From the NCBI GenBank assembly GCA_973895155.1, contig OZ316896.1, positions 2,046,001-2,110,000 of the forward strand: DNA of 64,000 nucleotides, in the 5' to 3' direction. The notes under the pieces were generated by a model, which worked only from the letters and a program-made list of their open reading frames with translations, searched no databases and had not been told where the DNA came from. Below, piece by piece: positions 24,497 through 42,000 of the stretch. Made by a program: the position numbers and the translations under genes. The DNA comes from Marsupella aquatica (taxonomy: Eukaryota; Plantae; Marchantiophyta). Numbering within the stretch: position 1 is the first letter of the stretch; every line of letters begins with the position of its first letter.

Positions 24497-27400
24497 AGAA
24501 GATGATGTCCGACTCTTATCCAGATCTTTGAACTGCTTCACCGAGCTTCGGGTAGCTGCTTGGCGTGCGAACAATGAATCGTGGACGAGAATAATTCACC
24601 TGAAAATTAAAGTCCGCCGCAATGTATATCAGTCTGGTCACCGCCTCCTGCTGCTATCTTTGAGTCGAGCCTTCGATGGTGCCCGTGCGAGTGGGAGGTA
24701 CCAACGACAGATACCCACAGACGCCGCCTGCCTGGCTTTCATTCACAGCTGAATTTATGAGCACCGGGAAGATTTTGAATTCACGACGCACTGATCTCTC
24801 GCCCCGCCCTGAGTTCTTGCTACGATTGAACAGCTTGCTTCCGAGTTATCGAGCGACTTACTGCTTGTCGGGATTGGAATCCATGACATAATCGGTTCTT
24901 CGATCTTCAGCTCGTTTGAACTCCGCAAATTCGCTGACACGACTTGTTCGACTTCCTCCGAGAGTTGGCAGAATTCCAGGAGCGCGCAAGGTTCTCACAC
25001 TCGAATCGCACTTCCTGACTTGAAGAATCTTTCAGAATTGACCCGAATTTTCAAACTTTGTTCAAATGTAGTCAGCGCAGACTGATCGATCATCCAAGGA
25101 ATCAACCTGGCTCCAAGAGAGATAGAGAGAGAGGCTTTCGTCGCCTGTGCTCTTGTCGACGTTAGAAAAGGGAATCAATCCCAAGTCAGCAGAGAAAGGT
25201 GCAAGTCTCGCGAAAGATCTTCTACAGTGAGTGCGGCTGGGCCAACACTCGCCAAAGATAGAGATAGAGGCGAAGGAAGAACACAAGAGAACTCTCCTTG
25301 ATATTCTTCGCGCCAAGGCAAATGGAGAAAGCTTTTGTTCTCCGAACTGTTCTGCTTCGTTCTTCCTCGTTCTCACAGAGCCATGGGGAAGGCTGGGCAG
25401 CGAGAATGTCATATAATGGAGATCGGATTTCTCCTTGATCGGTCGAGTGAATGTTGTCATGGCCCCGGCCTCGTTTTCGTGCAGCAACCCAAAACGCGGA
25501 GAGGGAGCGAACTCCGCTTTGTTCAATTTCGCCATGTGCGTTTCGAACTCTCTACTACTAACGAACTTCATCTTCTCTCTCTCGACGCGTCGAACGAAAC
25601 CTGTATTTCCTTCATCTCGTCACACGGCTGCCCTTTCGCTCGCTCCTTCTCTGCCCGTCCCGTGACTCCCACTCCCGTCCCCGTTCCTCTCCCTCTCGCT
25701 GACGCGTGGTTCTGCGACCCCGTCACTCCAGTCTCTCCCGTCCCTTCTCTTCTCTTCTCTTCTCGTCCCCCGTGGGAACAAGTCTCGCGGGGGTCTCCTT
25801 CTCTTCTCTTCTCCCCTCCCGTCGCAACAAGTCGACCTCCCCCGCGGGACCGAACAAACCCTGGTTCCGGAGACGGATTGCGATTTGGGTTTTACTGGAG
25901 GTTTTGGACTACTAGGGCGTCGCAAAGGTTGAAAGAAAAAGTCGGGTAAAATACGAAAATCATGTTCCCATGGAACACAAGGTTCGTCCTTAAAACCCCC
26001 ATGGATCACCACATTTCACAAAAAAATTATTATTATTGACCCCATGAGAGGTCCTTTTCAAAATTCCTGGCACCAAAGTGTGTCATATTAACAACAACAA
26101 ACTAGACTCATTAGTTTTGTCAATCAATTTACAGTTTTCATTCGTGTTTGCATCAATTTGAATGTAAATTTTGGGACACCATGCCATAAAAAAACATGTA
26201 AAAATTTAGAAATACAAAGAGCAAGACGGGTAAAACTGTCACTATGTAACCGTTTTAGTTACGTATCCAATTTTAGAAATTAAATTTAAATATTTAAAAA
26301 ATAATAAACAATGACTAATAACTAACTTGATGACTTCTTCATTGGCACATGGAGTAAGATTTTCAGCCTTTTGTAATTCAGGCAAACTGTCACCTATGGT
26401 CTGAATTTGAACTCAATGAATTGATACAATTCATTTGATCATACATTGATCTAGTTTCAAATCATGGACTTGCCACGGATTGACTATTGACTCTTGTAGC
26501 TTGAGAATTTGGTTGCATGTAGGGAAAAGGACTGATTTTGACAACTACTTGTGATAACCATGTTGTGGACTTTGGCCTGCAAAGCAAAGTATTTATGTGG
26601 CAATTGAAAAAATGTCAAACTGCTCAGGCCATGGCTGAATGGGTCCACAATTGATTTCATGAGAGAATCTAATCTAATCTAAACAATACAAGCTGTAAAA
26701 TATATCATATTTGTCCAACACAACATGACTACTAGTTTCTTTTCCTAATCAGACTTCTCTCTTTTGAAAGCTTAAGTGTTGCCCTTCTCCATTTGGTGAA
26801 TAGTTGTGTCAAGGTCATGAGACTATTAACCTCTAATTCAAAACTTGTCATATTCAGACTTCAGTGAAATCTCCAGAATTTTCAATAATTTGAAAATACA
26901 TAGACAAATTAGTTGACAAATATTTTACAAAGAGGACTCAACTACTAGAAAGCTTAGGGTTCCTTGCTTAGAAAAGCAGATTTCTCAATTGATCTAGAGA
27001 AGGTAGTCTTCTCAACTCAAATTGAGTGCACAGGGCAATTTAGTTGTCAAATATAATGTCATCCAATGCCCAAATCAACTAAGGTAAACAAAATTGTGTC
27101 TTGGGTTTATTAATTAATGTTCTAAAATTAGTGAAAATATCTCATAGATCTTAAGTGTTTTAATGTGTGCTAGCAGAGCATTATGGACCCTTGTATGGAC
27201 CATATTAGCCTCTCAAAATGCAAGTTCAAACAAGGCCTAAAAAATATAGCTAGGGGTCCACAAACTAATTTGTATTGGCCCTTTTCAGTAAAAAGTTTGT
27301 TGTGGCCTTCATACAAACATGTTTTTCATGACAAGTACCAACACATATGAAAGTCATGAGATTACAGGACAAAGTTTTTGTGGGCCTGACAAGGACAAGT

Positions 27401-29822
27401 ACTAGTGCGAGTAGAGGAAGGAGCGCACAAAGTGGGGGCTCTCTTTGCAAGAAAATAAATAAATTCCTCTCCAAGAATGCCTTTTACTTTCGCCTCGAAG
27501 CAACCCCTCCTGATCTTGAGGAACAACAATATTTTGTTAGTTTTATAGTGGTCTAAAAGTATATATTCGTTATTCTCCGTTTCTTGCGCGGGTGTTTCCT
27601 CCATTTAGAATAAAAATTGGCGGCTGCTTTTATCTTCAATTGATGATTAAGTTTTTAAAAATTAACTATCTTTTGTTCACAGGAAGATGAGATATCCTTT
27701 TCCTTATGTCGGTCCCACCGAGCTCATGGAAGACCCAATGATTATAGGATATCAATGATTCAATGGTAACTGTCAGGGTCCCAAATGATTCCAGCCCCTG
27801 GTCAGGTGCTGATACGTAGTGGCATCCAAAAATATTAATTATTTTTTTTTCCCGGAAATCCTGGCCGGGATGGACCACCACCTTAAACACAATGCTCCCG
27901 TGTATCACATTTTGGTGGTTCATGAGTGTTTTGGGTTTATAATTTGATGATTATGAGTCTTAAAATAATTTTTAGTTTTTCACTGACAAGCCATCTAGAG
28001 AAGGAGGAGACACAAAAAATAAATACAAACCCTAGTATTTCATATTAATGCAATGAAAATTAATCTAATAAATTTGACCCCTCCTCCTTTTATGATGAAT
28101 AATTTAACCAAAATGGCCAAAATATCAGGGTCATTTTGATGGAATTGTAGCCTACCTACTCCACTAGCATATTCTCAAAACTAATAAATATTTGAATTTA
28201 TGAATATCAAATTATGACAATTAAAAGAATAAACAAAAGAGGTCCAAAGTGGACAAAAACCAAATTCAAAAGAAAAAAACACTTGGTTGCCAAAAAGGTT
28301 TGATGCAAATCTTTCCATTAGTGTTTCCTGTCATGTCATCCCACTTGTTGTCAAGAACTAATCACCAATCATGCATAGGTAAGCAAGTTTACAGATAGAT
28401 TGTTTGTTTTAATTGTTTTTTAATTGCATTATAACAGCCACTGCCTTTGCAGATAGGTCTATTAAGAAAATCAAAACTTCCAATACAAAGAGACTACTGT
28501 AGATTCTCACACACGGCACTTTTAATCAGGGGAGTATTTGAGAATCCCAAGTTACAAGTTTGGTTGTCGTCTTTTCCCCCTTATTTTATTTTTCATCAGA
28601 GTTGCACTTGCTTCTTTTGTGTTTGTCCTCTCTTCTTCTGTTTGCTCCTCATTGTGCTTTGTTTGGCCCTTTCTGTGTAATTTTCTTTTCTCTATTCGTG
28701 AGATAAGATTTTTAAGCTCACATGGGATGGAGCAAAGTACGCATTCTAGCTAGGATGACATGCACTTAATACGAAGTTTTTAAGGTTTCATAGGAAGAGC
28801 TTTTTGGTATCCTATCCAAGTTCCAAAGTTTTGGATGCGCAGATCAGACCAAGAAGATGACCCAAAATGGGGACAAAGGAGATTGCAAATTGATTTATTT
28901 CCAGTTATGTTAACTACAAACAAAACTACACTAGTATGTGGGTCCAGCTCATTTGTGTCCTATTTTCAACATACCATTTACCAGAACTATGTTGGTTTGG
29001 CCCATTCACTCACTTCACAATCTTGGTGTGTTGAGGGAATGTTGCCGTATCCCAGTTCTAAGGAATCACTTTCAGATTTTGTATCACTCTAACCCTCATA
29101 TAGCAAACGTATGTTTGTAACAAATTTCTAAGGAATTATTGGTATTTTGCTATTTCTAATCATAAATAATTGTCAATAAAGTTTCACGGGCTCCGTCTCG
29201 TTCCTTTGAAAATAAAATAATAATAATAGTAATTGTCAAGAGCAGCAGAATCTTGTTTCGGGTGTGTGAGAAGAAATGTTCACAAAAGACAGTGTGCCAA
29301 TAATTTTGTTTCTTTTCTCTAATTTGGTTTCTTTTACTGCTGTTATGATGAAAATAATAATAAGAAAGTTCTGAGACTAAACTAACAACACCTTAATGCA
29401 GTTGCCAGGCAGACTCACTGACTCGCTGACTCCCAACAGTGTCTTGCAGCCTGGCCACCCGCACTATGTTCAACAATACTTCAGAAAATCATATGGATAC
29501 TACTTAGCAACGCAGGCATAGGGCTAGTGCACTTGTAATCATGCACGTATGAGAGCTTATGTCATACAGTTATATTTCTCCCCTTGATTTAGCTCCCCAA
29601 ACTAGTGTCCCTTCCTCATCTCCTTGAAAGTGTTATCCAAGTCTAAAATCTGTACCATTTGAGCATGATGAGTGGATAGTTCACTTGGACTCTCACACAA
29701 ATCAGTCAAACAAAACCAAAAATCGTACACTCTATTCACCGTTGATTACTCATACAGAACTGTTGTGAATACACCAAATAATGAGTATGATATTATCTTA
29801 GTCTCTATTTAAGAATTCACTA

Positions 29823-30879
29823 CCGTTTTCCTTGAACACAAGGCCCGGGCGCTATATTCAAATAGTGAGCCAAGGGGCGCTCTATTTGAATATCTCGCCC
29901 AGGGTGCTGTGTTCGAGTTTGAAGTCAATGTTTTCATTTTTTGTACTTGTGGCGCTGTGTTCGAAATATGACATTGTGTTCAAATTTAAGGTAATGTGCT
30001 TGAATTTTGGCATTGTGAGATACACGTAGGGTGTAAGTAGGAATGATAGGCATAGAAGTTATGTGTATTAGAGAGGAGTGTGTTCAAGTTTTGGTTTTTT
30101 GACTTCCCAACAATATTTGCTCAATCATGTGTAGCTAAATAATTGAACCACTGAAATTATACAAGCTAGGGGAAAAATCAAATTTGCAATAGAAAACAAA
30201 ACCTGACAAACCATACATACCAAGTGTATTATTATCACTTAGTAAAACATATTTGTCCACTGTTCACAATTGTTCGGCTTCCTGTGGCCAATTTTCTCAT
30301 TTTTATAATTATTTAATCTTTCTTCATGCAGTTTGGAATGTTCGTGAGACTGCTTTGTTTCTATTGTCCGAGTGCCTCGATCTTGAGGGCAATGAAAAAT
30401 TGGAATAGAGAAAGTGAATAGTCAGACCTAATTATGCACCTAAGTACTATGGGTTTCTTTGACGAGACGTCGTGGCATCAGTCAGAGGTTGATGTGAAAG
30501 TCCGTCGAAAGTTCACACAGCAGAACAATATATCGATACTTCCGGATTGCTGCTTAAACATTTTGGAAACATCGCACACTTCTCCTAGAATGAAGGATTT
30601 TGAAATTAGCTTACATTTCTCAAAGGATAATGGATTTTGTAAGTTGAAAGAGCGGATGTGTCGGACGACTTTAAGTAACATATAGTAGTTGCAACCCGGT
30701 TACCTTTCTCCTATAGTCACTTGTGCACATTTTCAAACACAAAGTCAATTTCGAACACAGTGCCCGGGCGCTGTGTTAATATGGCATTGTGTTTGAGTGA
30801 AAACATCTTTTTTGCCTAAAGTCCCTGTTTTGACCATATTCGAACACAGCATCTGGGCGCTGTGTTCGGGGGAAACCGG
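29823..30879. mobile_element. Non-autonomous TIR DNA transposon (Tc1/mariner-type, TA TSD), about 1.06 kb
   Basis: TA at 29821-22 and 30880-81. Left end CCGTTTTCCTTGAACACA vs reverse complement of right end CCGGTTTCCCCCGAACACA. Several subterminal GGCGCTGTGTTCGA/GAACACAG motifs at both ends. Confidence 0.75.
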
Positions 30880-31413
30880 TAGCCTCTCTAACTGGACCAG
30901 TACGTAATTTATTTTTTCATATTTCTCCCTTTCAGCCTTTCAGGCCAGTGGCATCATCCGGTTTTTCTTGGTTGGGAAAGGTACCTGTAGTTCTATTACT
31001 CTATTACTCTATTGGAGTTTCTCCCATGGTCTGCTTGTAGTAGACGGGCTATTAAACAATTCAGAAAAGCTCTAGATAAGCTATGCTCTCCTCTCCAGGA
31101 TGCATGGATTTACTCTCGGTTTGAACCAAAAGCAATAATGGGGAAAAACAAAGCTTCCACGAAAAAAACAGGTAGGCTTTCCATTCTCTTGCTCTATTGG
31201 AGTTCTTCCTCCTCTCCTCTCTTCAGTAAAGTGTCCCATTACAAACACAAAGAAATCCTACGCTCTGCCCTCAGGATTAATGGATTTACTCTTGGTTCCA
31301 AAGGCAAACAAAAATTGTGTTGGAGCTAATTTGTTTCCCCTCTTAGAGGTGTCTGAAAAGGTGGCAGGCCCCTTCTTTTGCGGCCCTAAACTTAAATCCT
31401 GACATCACATTTT

Positions 31414-31935
31414 TTTTGCCTCGAAAAAACTCAATGAAATCCATTCAAAAAGCCAGAATACAGAAAGGGGGCCAAAAAGCAACCACCCGGAAGGACCAGA
31501 GGTCAAGGTGCCGGGGCCGGTGAAGCTGGAACCGAGTAAGAAGCCACGCCTCAAAAAAGGCAGCCAAACTAGAAATTTGGAAACTACTACAGGAGCAGCA
31601 CACCCCCAAAGACCGGCCAGTGAACAGGGACCGGCGAGGTACTGAACAGTGGGTCCGTGAAAGAAAAATAATCAGTCTACCAGTAGTGCAGCTTCAAAAC
31701 CCGAAGGATCCGTTGAATCATGGAGGACGTGGAGGAACAGGTTGAACCTGAAGTGTGTCTTCATGAATCTGCCATAAGCCATCCCACGCACCAAATTCCC
31801 GGGCCAGGTCCCGTCGTGCATCAGCGAAGGTGGTCTTCCCTGACCGAATCCTGGCCCTATGTCTGGCCCAGTCACGTTTGAGGTAAATGCCAAGGCGTTG
31901 CCAGGCCTTCCTGATGACTCCGTGAGGATTTTAAA
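31414..31935 (-). mobile_element. 5'-truncated non-LTR retrotransposon (LINE) insertion with 15-bp target-site duplication
   Basis: CTGACATCACATTTT at 31399-31413 and 31936-31950. Short A-run at the minus-strand 3' end. The minus strand encodes an intact C-terminus GVIRKAWQRLGIYLKRDWARHRARIRSGKTTFADARRDLAREFGAWDGLWQIHEDTLQVQPVPPRPP* followed by about 300 nt of 3' UTR. Confidence 0.72.
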
Positions 31936-33109
31936 CTGACATCACATTTTAGACTGAGAAATTCAAGCCTGAACACCCTTCTGAGGCAGGCATGATGACA
32001 GATGAAGTGGAGATCCAATAGCAAAGGCAGAAACCATTTTGGCCCTGAGGTCCTGATTTGTGAAATCTGAATAAAAAAATGAGAACAGCAAGGTCCAGTG
32101 ACACACAGCAACATCATCAATTGCTGGTGTGCATCCCTCACAGCGGAAGTTTTGGAGAACTGAGGGCCGCCACAGAAAGGGCCGTCTACATGAAAGACTG
32201 CCCATTTTGTACAGCAGGCCATTAAAAACACACAAATACCCAAAACAATTGTTCTCCTGTCCAAGATGGATGGATTTATTCTGTGTTCCAAGACCAAGAA
32301 AAGAGAGGAGTAAATAGATAAATTCTACAAGCAAAAAGTTGGACATTCTTCTGTTGCTCTATTATTTGGGGTTTGCTTCTCACTTGTAGTAAAGTGTTCA
32401 AAATCACAAAAGACTTCAAAGAAACTGTGGTCTGCTCTCCAGGATGGATGGACTTAGTTTCAGTTCCAGTCCAAAAAATTCCACTATTGAAAAGTTAGGC
32501 TTTCCTTTCTGTTGCGGACCCTATCTTGTAGTAAAGCATTCCATTCAGATATACCAAAACGGAGAAAAGATACTCTTCCAAAAAACTTTATTGGAGTTGC
32601 TTCCCCCAATTACAGGAAAGCGAGCCATTTAAAAACAAGCAAGCACCCCCAAAAATGAGCATGCTCTCATTTCCGCAATGGATGACTTTACTCTTGATTC
32701 CAAGGCAAAAAAGTTCCATTGAAGTTTGCTCCCCTAGCGGAAAACACAGAAAACCCCCTAAATTATGCTCTCCTCTCCAATGGATGAATAAACTGTAGGT
32801 TCCAAGGCCAGAAAAAGAGTGTGTTGGAGTTTCCTCCCCCTTTCATAGCAAAGCTAACCATTCAAAAACACAAGAAACCCCCTTATAACTAGTGCTTTCT
32901 CCCTGGGGAGAGATAGATTTCTTCTCCCCCGCCCCTCTCGTAATAAAGTGGGCCAGTCAAAAGCACCCAAAAACCCCAGCAAATCTATGCCCTCCTCTCC
33001 AGGTGGCTTTACTTAGGGAGAGAAAATTGTAATACGATGGGACAAAAAGAAATGAGGGGAGGGTTGAGTAAGTCCTTTTTTTAGGGGGGGGGGGATTGAG
33101 GAAGTGGTG

Positions 33110-33705
33110 GACAAGATTTAATGTTGGTGCACCCTTCTCCACAACTATTACTTTAACCTTTATTTGCCTTTTGCAAAACTAAAAATACAAGAAGATTTAA
33201 TGTTGCTACACGATGGTGCACCCTTCTCCACAAAATTACTTTATCCTGTCTTTATTTTTTGCCTTGAAAATTGAAAGCAAACCCATCCAACAGAGGATAG
33301 ACGTCCTGCTCTGGAGCATGCATTTCTAGACAGGGACCAGACCAGGAGGGAAAGAAGATTAAACCAGAACCCCAAATAACCAGCTGAGGGGATAATCAAT
33401 ACTTCCACCACTACATCCCACCCACACAAACATACCCTCCACACCCCTTGTGTGTGGAAGGAGGATGGAACCTCGGACCTCTGGGTTCTAGGTTCATCCT
33501 CTGGCCTACTTTATCCTTTATTTGCCTTTTACAAAACTGAAAATACAAGAAGATTTAATGTGACCTCTAGGTTCTTAGCTCATCCTCTGGCCAACTTTAT
33601 CCTTATTTGCCTTTTGCAAAACTGAAAATACAAGAAGATTTAATGTTGCTACATGATGGTGCACCCTTCTCCACAACTATTTTGCCTTTTGCAAAATTGA
33701 ACTTG
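33110..33705. repeat. Complex local direct repeats upstream of the GluRS gene
   Basis: Recurrent blocks TTTGCCTTTTGCAAAACTGAAAATACAAGAAGATTTAATG and GGTGCACCCTTCTCCACAA (3-4 copies each). Confidence 0.85.
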
Positions 33706-34106
33706 TTAACAAGAACCCAAAGCGGTTCATGAGGGAGGACCTTAGAAAAAGGTGATCGTCCTGATCTGTGGTTCGGCCAAAAACAAATCCGCAAAAGCGA
33801 GAGTCTAGCCAGAGAGAGATCGAGCAATCAATCCACGGCATTGTACAGACCCGAGCTGGGCCACGATTGCCTCCCTCCACTGCCCTTTTCGTCTCACTGG
33901 ACTGGAAGGTCGAGAGAGAAATCAATCGAGCCGAAAGAATTCAGTGAGAAGTCGATGGGCAGTCTATGAATTGAATTGGGACACTTCAGAAGAAGTTCTG
34001 TAGAGAGCGAGCTAGAGAATTCGGTGGGCAGAGAATGGGCAGTCAGAATTGTATTGGGGCTCTGCAGTAGAAGTAGTGTAGAGAGCGAGCTGGAGACGGG
34101 ATTTGA

Positions 34107-38437
<4,331 letters not shown>

Positions 38438-38877
38438 GAAGGATAATGTCAATCAATGATAAAATTTTGTTAAGTGATACTCACAGTAGTAGCAAAAGGA
38501 TATCTTTCTCAGCACATGTGCTCTCCAATTACCGCTAATATTGGCCGGACAACTTATATATTTGAAGAACGGTCCAACATTTTGGCGTCATCTGTCTGTC
38601 TGATCGTGGTGATGAGCTACCTATCTGCCGGGCTATGAACCTGAGTGTTAGCGAATCTCCAGTGTACTAAGACAGGAAGAAATTTCAAAATTGAGTGAGT
38701 TTTCAATTTGTGGTGGTACTCACGTGGATCCTGGGCTGTAGTATCTTGTCACACAGATTTACTGAAGCCACCATGTCTTGGCGACTCTTGGGGAGCTCCC
38801 GTAGATGTCTTTTCACAACTGGGAGTCTAACGAATGAATTCATTTCACGTATGATATGAACTTCTACAGGAGCCTTC

Positions 38878-39078
38878 GTAATGGTACCGTTGGTAAGCTG
38901 GTGGGAAAATCTTTATAAGCGGTTAATGATAGAACACACTGCCAGTAATGGTACCGTTGGTAAGCTGGTGGGAAAATCTTTATAAGCGGTTAATGATAGA
39001 ACACACTGCCAGGAAACAAGAGGAAAGCTGGTGGGAAAACCTTTATAAGCGTTTAATGATAGAACACACTGCCAGGAA
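38878..39078. repeat. 67-bp tandem repeat, two identical copies plus a variant third
   Basis: GTAATGGTACCGTTGGTAAGCTGGTGGGAAAATCTTTATAAGCGGTTAATGATAGAACACACTGCCA at 38878 and 38945; third copy from about 39012 has an altered 5' end. Confidence 0.95.
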
Positions 39079-42000
39079 CAAGAGGCACCCAAACCCGGAA
39101 ACATGATCCCACCAGAAAAGTGGAGGAGCCTAAACAGGGAGACATGATCTCACAGGCAAGAAACCCAAAACCCAAAACCTACAGCCCTTCTGAGGAAAGC
39201 AAAAAGCAAAAACCTATTACTGAGCTGCACACTCAAAAGTCTGGTAAAGGCTTCAGACATAAGCTTTGCAAAGTCTGGTAAAGCTCAGGTGTAAGCTTTA
39301 CGGGGAGTTCCCTTACTTGTGACAGGCTTTATCAGGTATTCCCCCACTTGTGACAAGAAGTCTGCGGACTTTGCTTTTGGCAAGATCGCTTCATTACTCG
39401 ATCATTGGTGATGCTCTTGATTCTTCCCTGTGCTGTTGTATTTTTATTGTACCGATTTCACCAAAAAAAATTAAAAATCACGTCATCACTTTAAAGGGCT
39501 TTGAGTCAATCAGACATTTGCTGGAAATGACATGACTTTGGTCCTGGAGAAACTACTCAGGCGTCCTTCTCTAAAGTGAAGCACCATTCTTAAGATAGCC
39601 CAGAAATGTGGATTTTGAGTATAAAGTGAAATAGTGTGTGTCACAGTCCATAGGAAAACAAGCCCCTCGGTCCATCCATCCGGGCTAACTTTAGTGCATT
39701 GCTCTTGTCTCAAATATATTTCTTTAAGTGAAAATAGAAAATGAATTGGAATCTCAGGACAATAAGCTCTCTGTCAAGTTGCATCAAGAAGGTGTGGAAA
39801 GGGGCACTGCCAGAAGAAATAGCTATTAGGTTGACCTTTTTCCTAGCACTTCATGAGTTTTATTCTCTTTGTAGCTTGTAATAAAATGTGATTTTATTGT
39901 TGCACTGGGTTTGGTTTCTGGGTTTGGTTCCCTTCTATTAATTTCAAAAAAAGAAGACTTCATTTCAAAGTAAAATTACAGGCAGCACATCAAACTTCTC
40001 TTTTAATCCTGGGAATATTTCATAATTTTATATAAGGCGCAAAACCTTGGCTGAGGGGGAAGCAACACAGAACCATGTGTTCATGGAACCAACAAAGGAC
40101 AATTTCCACACGGAGGACTAAACTCCTATTTCACTGGTCTTTTCTTTTTTCTGATTCATAATCAAGGGGCGAACCATGCAACTGGCCTAAAATCTTGGGT
40201 GGGAAGGCTCATACTTTATAATAAAATGAAAAAGCTTGACTCTACATATATGGGCCAAGTGCACACACCCGGCAAAAAGCCTGAAGCGCTCAAACAAAGA
40301 AGCAAAGCCAGGTAGCACCAAGGCACAAAACAGAATGGGCCAGGCGTGATCACTGTGGAACTAAATCAATGGCCAGCGCTCTATTGTGGAACATTGCAAG
40401 GGAGTGCATAAAAAATTGTCCCATATCGGAGACCACTTGATATGGTGCAACCCAGATGAGGGCACTATCCATACATTGTGCACTTCCCTGACTGTGTGCG
40501 TTATTTTCCTGGCAACTGGCTTGGAGGGAGGAAAGACTCCATTGATATTGTTATAATTTTTTAATACATGTGACCATAGTTTAATAGATAGAAACATATA
40601 CAGCAGGGGCCAAAAAATGTTAATTATACAGTCCTAGTATATAGCAGTAGCATATAATAGAGTTATGTTGGATAAAATGAAATAAAAATAGAAATAGAAT
40701 TATGTTGGACAGAAATCGATAAACCTTTCAAATGATTTCAAAGGGAGATTGGCAATCATCGAGATATGTCTGTCTCTCAAGCTTTATGGCCCGGACAAAT
40801 CTGTAGTCAATCTATTATAGATTTCAATCTCATCATGCACAACAACCTTTAGCTTTCTGCTCATTTTTCCAGGCGTTTCAAAATGTTTGGCTAGAATGTT
40901 GTAGACTCTCTAACGCTCGGAGGCCAGTAAAGTATGGGCTGAAAAGAAATAACTTTTGGTTTGATTACTTGCACTGTTCACCACTCTAATTAGTGTTATG
41001 CAAGAATTAATGTCAGTTTGATGAACTTCATCTTGACTCTTGAGTCCAAACTAACACTATTTCTTGTCTGTTCACCCTCCCCCCCCCCCCCCCAAAAAAA
41101 AAAGAGTAAAGTAAAAAATCCTTATTTAAATTGCCAGTTTAATACTACTGTAGTGATCTTGAGTTCAAGTTAACATTACTTCGTGTCTATCTTCAAAATA
41201 CATATTTTCCCACTGTTTTTCCACTTTTGAGTCCAAAGAAACTAACCTAAAGTTGGATCACTTTGATAAAATCCTGCTGGTAGAAGCTGATCCTGCATTT
41301 AATCAAATGAATTCAAATGGATCATCGAATATCTGAGCATCACACACAATGCAAAGTGAACTGAATAGCAAACGCATTCAGAATTCCAATGATCAATCTA
41401 TCACAGGTCAATACCCTCCCTTGCCGTCTTTGGCAGCGAGGCCATTCTTGGGTAATGTCTGGCATGTTGAGGTTACAGTGCAGGAGTGGCTCAACATAGT
41501 CCCTGGGCAAACGGCATCACTACAACTTGTACACAACTGAAGGTTAGCCTAAGCAAATGAAAGATAAATATGAAACTGCTAAAACGCAAAAGGCACCCAA
41601 CCGGGAGACATGACCCCACAAGCCAAAAACTCAATCAAGGAAGAACTAGTGAAAGGCCAAAAAGCCAGAAAGACCAATGCAAAAGCCCATCACAAGAAAA
41701 ACCAGAGACGCCAATTTAAACCTATACCCTATCTATCAGCAAACTGACGAGCTTGCTAAAGCTCAGGCATATACTGCATAGGAAGGTCAAGAAAATAGAG
41801 GGCTATTTATCGATAATCCATCCAAAGTTGAGCAGGTCGCTGGTTTTGCTTGGGTGTAAGACTCTGCTGCCACTTTACTCTGTCGATGGGAGTTCACTGT
41901 CATTTTACTCTGTCTCCAACCTCCAAGTCCTATCAGGGTTAAAGTTCATCTAAACATAGTGAATATTTTATAAGAAACCCATATGAAGTCCTATGATGGG

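Noticed and set aside
25335-26012. 204-aa and 130-aa ORFs upstream of the bHLH gene
   Set aside because: They lie in a CT/GA low-complexity promoter or leader tract, start at non-ATG codons and have no domain features.
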